A stretch of 64,000 bases of DNA from Alphaproteobacteria bacterium (GTDB lineage: Bacteria > Pseudomonadota > Alphaproteobacteria > MPNO01): positions 900,879 to 964,878 of the forward strand of contig OZ241868.1 in NCBI GenBank assembly GCA_965202905.1, written 5' to 3'. A model generated the notes under the pieces. It had not been told where the DNA came from and searched no databases. It saw nothing but the letters and a program-made list of their open reading frames with translations. Position numbers and translations under genes: made by a program. Positions within the stretch are counted from its first letter, which is position 1, and the number at the start of each line of letters is the position of its first letter. Positions 60,292 to 64,000 of the stretch are shown here, one piece after another.

Positions 60292-60455
60292 CCTTCCGCC
60301 GGCTTGCCGTCGATCATCTCCAGCCGGTCCTCGCCGCAAACAGCGCGCCGGCGACGACACACGGCGCGTCGGCTTGCCCATGCGCGGACCGCGATGCTAG
60401 CCTGAGCCTGCGGACCCAGGGGTTCGACCGAACGCATGATGGGGAGGAATAAGCG

Positions 60456-61427
60456 ATGAGGATCAAGACGTTGGCCTTCGCGGCCCTGGTCCTGCTGATG
60501 CCCGCGCTCGCTGCACCTGAGGCCAAGACGCTCAAGGTCGCCCTGGTGCTGCCGGGTCCGATCACCGACGGGACCTTCAACTCGGCCGCCCACAAAGGCA
60601 TCGAGATGGCCAGGAAGAACTACGACATCGCCGTCTCGATGCAGGAGAACACCTCGGTCGCAGCAATTGACGAAGCGCTGATCAACTACGGGCGCGCCGG
60701 CTACGACGTGGTCATCGCCCACGGGTTCCAGTTCGCCGAGTCCGCGGGGAAAATCCATAAGCAGTTCCCCAAGACTTGGTTCCTCGTGACGATGGTCAAG
60801 ACATCGGCGTCGCCGAACCTCGCCTCGCTCGACGTGCGGCTGGGCGATGCCGGCTATGTCGGCGGCGCGCTGGCGGCCCTGGTCAGCAAGACCGGAGTGA
60901 TCGGCACCGTCGGCGGCATCCCGGTCCCGGTCATCCAGGAATACGCCGATGGCTTCGAGCGGGGCGCCAAGCGCATGCGCCCGGACATCCAAGTGCTTTC
61001 CGCCTATGTCGGCTCGTTCACCGATGCGGCCAAGGGCAAGGAGATCACCGTGGCCATGATCGAGCGCAAAGCCGACGTGGTGACCGCGCAGGGCAACGAA
61101 TCGGTGATGGGCACCATCAACGCAGCCAAGGAAGCAGGCGTGATGGCGATCGGCACCTTCTTCGATTCCGCCGCGCTCGCGCCCGATACCATCGTCAGCA
61201 CCGCGCTGGTCAACATGGATGTCGCGATCGACCATGTGCTGGGCAAGGTGGTCGACGGCAGCATCGAGCCGAAGAACTATCTGCTGGGCTTCAAAGAGAA
61301 CGCGCTCGACCTCGCGCCGTACTACAAGTTCGAGAACAGGATCCAGGATGCCGACAAGCGGAAGATAAAGCAACTCATCGCCGACATCGTTGCGGGCAAG
61401 GTCGAGGATCTGCCAAAGATCCGCTGA
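60456..61427 (+). CDS. BMP-family ABC transporter substrate-binding lipoprotein
   Basis: Signal peptide. PGPITDGTFNSAAHKG and the Bmp/PnrA-family periplasmic-binding fold. Confidence 0.8.
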   Translation: MRIKTLAFAALVLLMPALAAPEAKTLKVALVLPGPITDGTFNSAAHKGIEMARKNYDIAVSMQENTSVAAIDEALINYGRAGYDVVIAHGFQFAESAGKIHKQFPKTWFLVTMVKTSASPNLASLDVRLGDAGYVGGALAALVSKTGVIGTVGGIPVPVIQEYADGFERGAKRMRPDIQVLSAYVGSFTDAAKGKEITVAMIERKADVVTAQGNESVMGTINAAKEAGVMAIGTFFDSAALAPDTIVSTALVNMDVAIDHVLGKVVDGSIEPKNYLLGFKENALDLAPYYKFENRIQDADKRKIKQLIADIVAGKVEDLPKIR

Positions 61428-61454
61428 TCCGGGCCGGCTCCGGACCCCGATAGT

Positions 61455-61469
61455 CCCCCCCCCCCCCCC
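61455..61469. repeat. Homopolymeric C15 tract
   Basis: 15 consecutive C residues in the convergent intergenic region between the BMP-family gene and the MBL hydrolase gene. Confidence 0.95.
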
Positions 61470-61521
61470 AAGGGCCAGGCGCAAGGGGCGGATCGGCCTC
61501 GATGCGGGCCCGTATCGGCCG

Positions 61522-62400
61522 TCAATCCCCGATGTAGCGGAAGGCGAATGCGTCGCCTTCCGGGACGATGTGGCCGGCGCTCGGATTCGGGAAGTGGGAC
61601 GGCAGGATCGTCACGTCGGTCTCGGCGTAGCGCTCGAGGAAGGCCCTGCGGGTAAAACGCGCTGCCTCCCGGTCGGCGCAGGCGATCGTGCTCCAGTCCG
61701 GGATATGGCACTGAATCATGTGGTGCATCATGTCGCCGCAGAGCAGCGCCTCATCCCCGCCCGAGGCGATGCGCAGCCCGACTTGGCCCGGCGTGTGGCC
61801 GGGCAGCGGTTCGAGGGTGACGCCGTCCTCGATCTGATGGTCCATCTCGACCAATAGTTCCCGCTTGGCCTCGAGGATCGGCGCCACGCTGTCGGCGACA
61901 TAGTCGCCGGTCCGCGTCATCAGCCCCTCTCTGGACTGTTCGAGCCAGAAGTCGAGCTCGGTGCGGGCAAAGATGTACCTGGCGTTGGGAAAGGTCGGCA
62001 CCCAGCGGCCGTCCTCCAGCCTGGTGTTCCAGCCGACGTGATCGACGTGAAGGTGGGTACAGAGCACGAAATCGATGTCTTCCGGGCGCGTTCCGGTGGC
62101 TAGAAACCGATCCATCCAGGGGAACTCGGCCTCGTTGAAAAACGCGCGGTTGCGCGGCTTATCGTTGCCGACACAGCTATCGACCAGGATCGTGTGACGC
62201 GGCGTCTTTATCAGGAATGCCTGGATCGCGATCACTACCAGCCCGGTGTCGGCCCGATAGTGGCGCGGCGCCATCCAGCCGACATGCGGAGCGATGGCCG
62301 TTTCGTCCCAATCCGGGAAGAATTCCGTCGCCTTCAGGAGCGGCATCTCCATCTCGACGATCCGAGTGAGGCCGATCTCGCCGAAGCTGAAGTCGTACAT
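61522..62400 (-). CDS. MBL-fold metallo-hydrolase (lactonase-like)
   Basis: HLHVDHVGW (HxHxDH) and downstream His/Asp ligands. Start MYDFSFG (ATG 62400). The track ORF is over-extended. Confidence 0.8.
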   Translation of the reverse strand: MYDFSFGEIGLTRIVEMEMPLLKATEFFPDWDETAIAPHVGWMAPRHYRADTGLVVIAIQAFLIKTPRHTILVDSCVGNDKPRNRAFFNEAEFPWMDRFLATGTRPEDIDFVLCTHLHVDHVGWNTRLEDGRWVPTFPNARYIFARTELDFWLEQSREGLMTRTGDYVADSVAPILEAKRELLVEMDHQIEDGVTLEPLPGHTPGQVGLRIASGGDEALLCGDMMHHMIQCHIPDWSTIACADREAARFTRRAFLERYAETDVTILPSHFPNPSAGHIVPEGDAFAFRYIGD

Positions 62401-62597
62401 GGCCGCCGCCCTTTCCCTGTAGTGGCGCGCAAGCTTAACAGGTGCGAGGCGCATCATGGCAACCGGCCGCCTGTCGTTCGTCCGGAGCAACCTCCGGTTT
62501 CCGGGCTTCGGCCTTGCGATGCGGGATGGAGCGGCGCCGGACGCTCGTCCATGATATCGTCGGAGTGAGTTCGAATTCATCCAGGGAGGACCAGGCG

Positions 62598-63176
62598 ATG
62601 GCAAACGAGATGCACACGCCGAGCAAGGAAGAGATCGAGTCCAGGATCGGCCGCTATACCGATCTCCAGGCCATGTCGACCGCCGGAGACCTCGGCTGGG
62701 TCGGCCAAGCGGCGATGGACGTCTTCTACGCCCGCAAGATCATGCCGGTGATCCTGGACGATACCAAAAACCCGTTCGGCAAAATCGCGCCGATCTTCGG
62801 CGCCGCCGGGGCTACCATGTTCATCTCGATCATGCCGCCGGGCCAGGGCCCTTGCCTGCATTCGCACAACACTACCTTCGAGACTTTCATGGTGCTGGAA
62901 GGCAAGATCGAATATCACATCGGCGATCCGGTCGAGCATCGGGTGACGCTCGAAAAATTCGACACCTTCTCCTGCCCGCCCCGGGTCTATCGCGGCTTCC
63001 ACAACGTCGGGGATACCGACGCCGTCCAGCTCACGGTGATCACCGGCGCCGGCGAGAACCGGGACGACGTTTCGATCGCTGGCTCGATCGTCCAACAGGT
63101 CGAGCGCGACTTCGGCAAGGAGATCGTCGATGCGTTCGCCGGCGTCTTCACCATCGATCCGCCGGTCGAGGCCTGA
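62598..63176 (+). CDS. Cupin-domain protein
   Basis: GPCLHSHNTTFETFMVLEG ... two-motif cupin pattern. RBS AGGGAGGA upstream of ATG 62598. Confidence 0.6.
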   Translation: MANEMHTPSKEEIESRIGRYTDLQAMSTAGDLGWVGQAAMDVFYARKIMPVILDDTKNPFGKIAPIFGAAGATMFISIMPPGQGPCLHSHNTTFETFMVLEGKIEYHIGDPVEHRVTLEKFDTFSCPPRVYRGFHNVGDTDAVQLTVITGAGENRDDVSIAGSIVQQVERDFGKEIVDAFAGVFTIDPPVEA

Positions 63177-63195
63177 CAGGCAAGGGGCATTTTCG

Positions 63196-64000
63196 ATGGC
63201 CAAGCCGAAGATCGCCCATCTCACCGGGCCCAACGCGACGATCCAGAACAGCCCGCCGCTGGTCACCTCGAACAAGGCGCGCGCACAGCACGGCCTGCCG
63301 CTGATCGCCGATGAGGACGGCGCGCCGGTGCGATTCGACGTGCTGCGCACGCAGCGGCTGGCGGCGCCGGCGACGGTCTATGTCGAGCAGTTCAGCGCCC
63401 ATCCGCTGGAGCGCGATGCGGCCGCACTCTACGCCCCGCCGGACGGCTATATCGATGCCGGCGGGACCTTCCACGAGGCCCGGCAGAGCGAGGCCGACAA
63501 ACCGGTCTACAAGATCGAACTCAAGCCGGAGGACGGCGTCTATCCCCTGCCCTACATGGCGCGTCAGGCCGACGGCAGCGCCTGGGAGGACGACTGCGCG
63601 TTCCCCGGCGCGCCGGCCGGGAAGTCGCGCCAAGCCTACTACCCCGACGGCTCGCGGCTGTTCGAGGAGGTCGACCGGCTGGGCGTCGGCATGTTCGGCG
63701 AAGGCAGCCTGATCTCGCGCATGGCCGATGTCGATTTCTACCGGATCATCCCGCCGGGCGGCTACACCAAGGGCCTGCCCGCGGCGGAACGGACCGATAT
63801 CGGCGAAGGCGACATCCCGCCCGAGGTGATGGGCCGGGACTTCTTCGCCTATCGGCCGGTCCATCTTGCTGCCTCACCGGCGCGCCAGGCGATGGCGTCG
63901 GTGGTCAACCGGGTCCAGGAGATCCTGGATTCCAGCGAGTATCTGGGCGCAATCTGGACCCAGGGCAGCCCGCGCATCGAGGAGACCGTCTATTGGTTCA
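63196..64000 (+). CDS. Asparaginase-family protein; 3' end runs off the window
   Basis: An open frame from ATG 63196 to the window end (absent from the ORF track because it has no stop). N-terminal KPKIAHLTGPNATIQ resembles the asparaginase KP.IAILATGGTIAG region. LGAIWTQGSPRIEETVYWF at the end resembles the G[TV]VVTHGTDTMEETAYFL motif. Confidence 0.45.
   Translation, partial: MAKPKIAHLTGPNATIQNSPPLVTSNKARAQHGLPLIADEDGAPVRFDVLRTQRLAAPATVYVEQFSAHPLERDAAALYAPPDGYIDAGGTFHEARQSEADKPVYKIELKPEDGVYPLPYMARQADGSAWEDDCAFPGAPAGKSRQAYYPDGSRLFEEVDRLGVGMFGEGSLISRMADVDFYRIIPPGGYTKGLPAAERTDIGEGDIPPEVMGRDFFAYRPVHLAASPARQAMASVVNRVQEILDSSEYLGAIWTQGSPRIEETVYWF

Noticed and set aside
59212-61484. 389-aa and 461-aa minus-strand ORFs overlapping dacC and the BMP-family gene
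   Set aside because: Antisense to genes with SxxK/SGN/KTG and Bmp signatures respectively.
62577-63864. Minus-strand ORFs overlapping the cupin and asparaginase-like genes
   Set aside because: The plus-strand genes have an RBS and family motifs. These are antisense shadows.

Overview
This is a 64 kb, high-GC (about 65-70%) chromosomal window with alphaproteobacterial gene content and order. Most of it is a housekeeping backbone, interrupted by a few clearly accessory regions.

Backbone genes:
- A conserved block: bamE, ubiquinol-cytochrome c chaperone, yceD, rpmF, plsX, fabH, ihfA, a MerR-family regulator, tRNA-Pro.
- A riboflavin/nusB/thiL cluster: nrdR, ribD, ribE, ribBA, ribH, nusB, thiL.
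- Others: glyA, rpiB, a mucR/ros regulator, the H+-pyrophosphatase hppA, an MFS transporter, a GMC oxidoreductase, a CoxSML-type molybdenum hydroxylase operon, a benzoate-CoA-ligase/UbiD/acyl-CoA-ligase cluster, dacC, a BMP-family substrate-binding protein, an MBL hydrolase, a cupin and a partial asparaginase at the window end.

Accessory and unusual regions:
1. An island inserted at the 3' side of tRNA-Ser(UGA), about 32.2-43.7 kb, with no integrase.
   - It opens with a stand-alone 175-aa ADP-ribosyltransferase-fold toxin (R / STS / ExE motifs) and an overlapping small acidic putative immunity gene.
   - A peptidase M15/DUF882 fragment and a YgjP/M48-like metallopeptidase follow.
   - The rest is a complete type I restriction-modification operon: half-hsdS, hsdM, rhuM, hsdS, a HAD-family phosphatase-like gene translationally coupled to hsdR, then hsdR.
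2. A degraded islet next to tRNA-Pro: an IS5-family transposase remnant, a putative 2OG-oxygenase-like gene and a frameshifted family-2 glycosyltransferase.
3. A tightly coupled three-gene operon of two tandem QueG-like 4Fe-4S proteins and a PaaK-family adenylating enzyme, divergent from a long stand-alone GTP cyclohydrolase II. The canonical RibBA in this window has a cysteine-less (degenerate) GTP cyclohydrolase II domain.
4. A roughly 0.7 kb low-GC (about 48%) insert just upstream of coxL carrying a PD-(D/E)xK-like ORF, with a 19-bp tandem duplication at its 3' end and a duplicated 46-bp coxL segment nearby.
5. A gene graveyard: a truncated SucD-like CoA-binding fragment, about 5.7 copies of a 17-bp tandem repeat, and hydantoinase-B fragments.
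6. A 15-nt poly-C tract.

No CRISPR array and no rRNA were seen. All functional calls come from motif and family recognition by eye. No database search was run.
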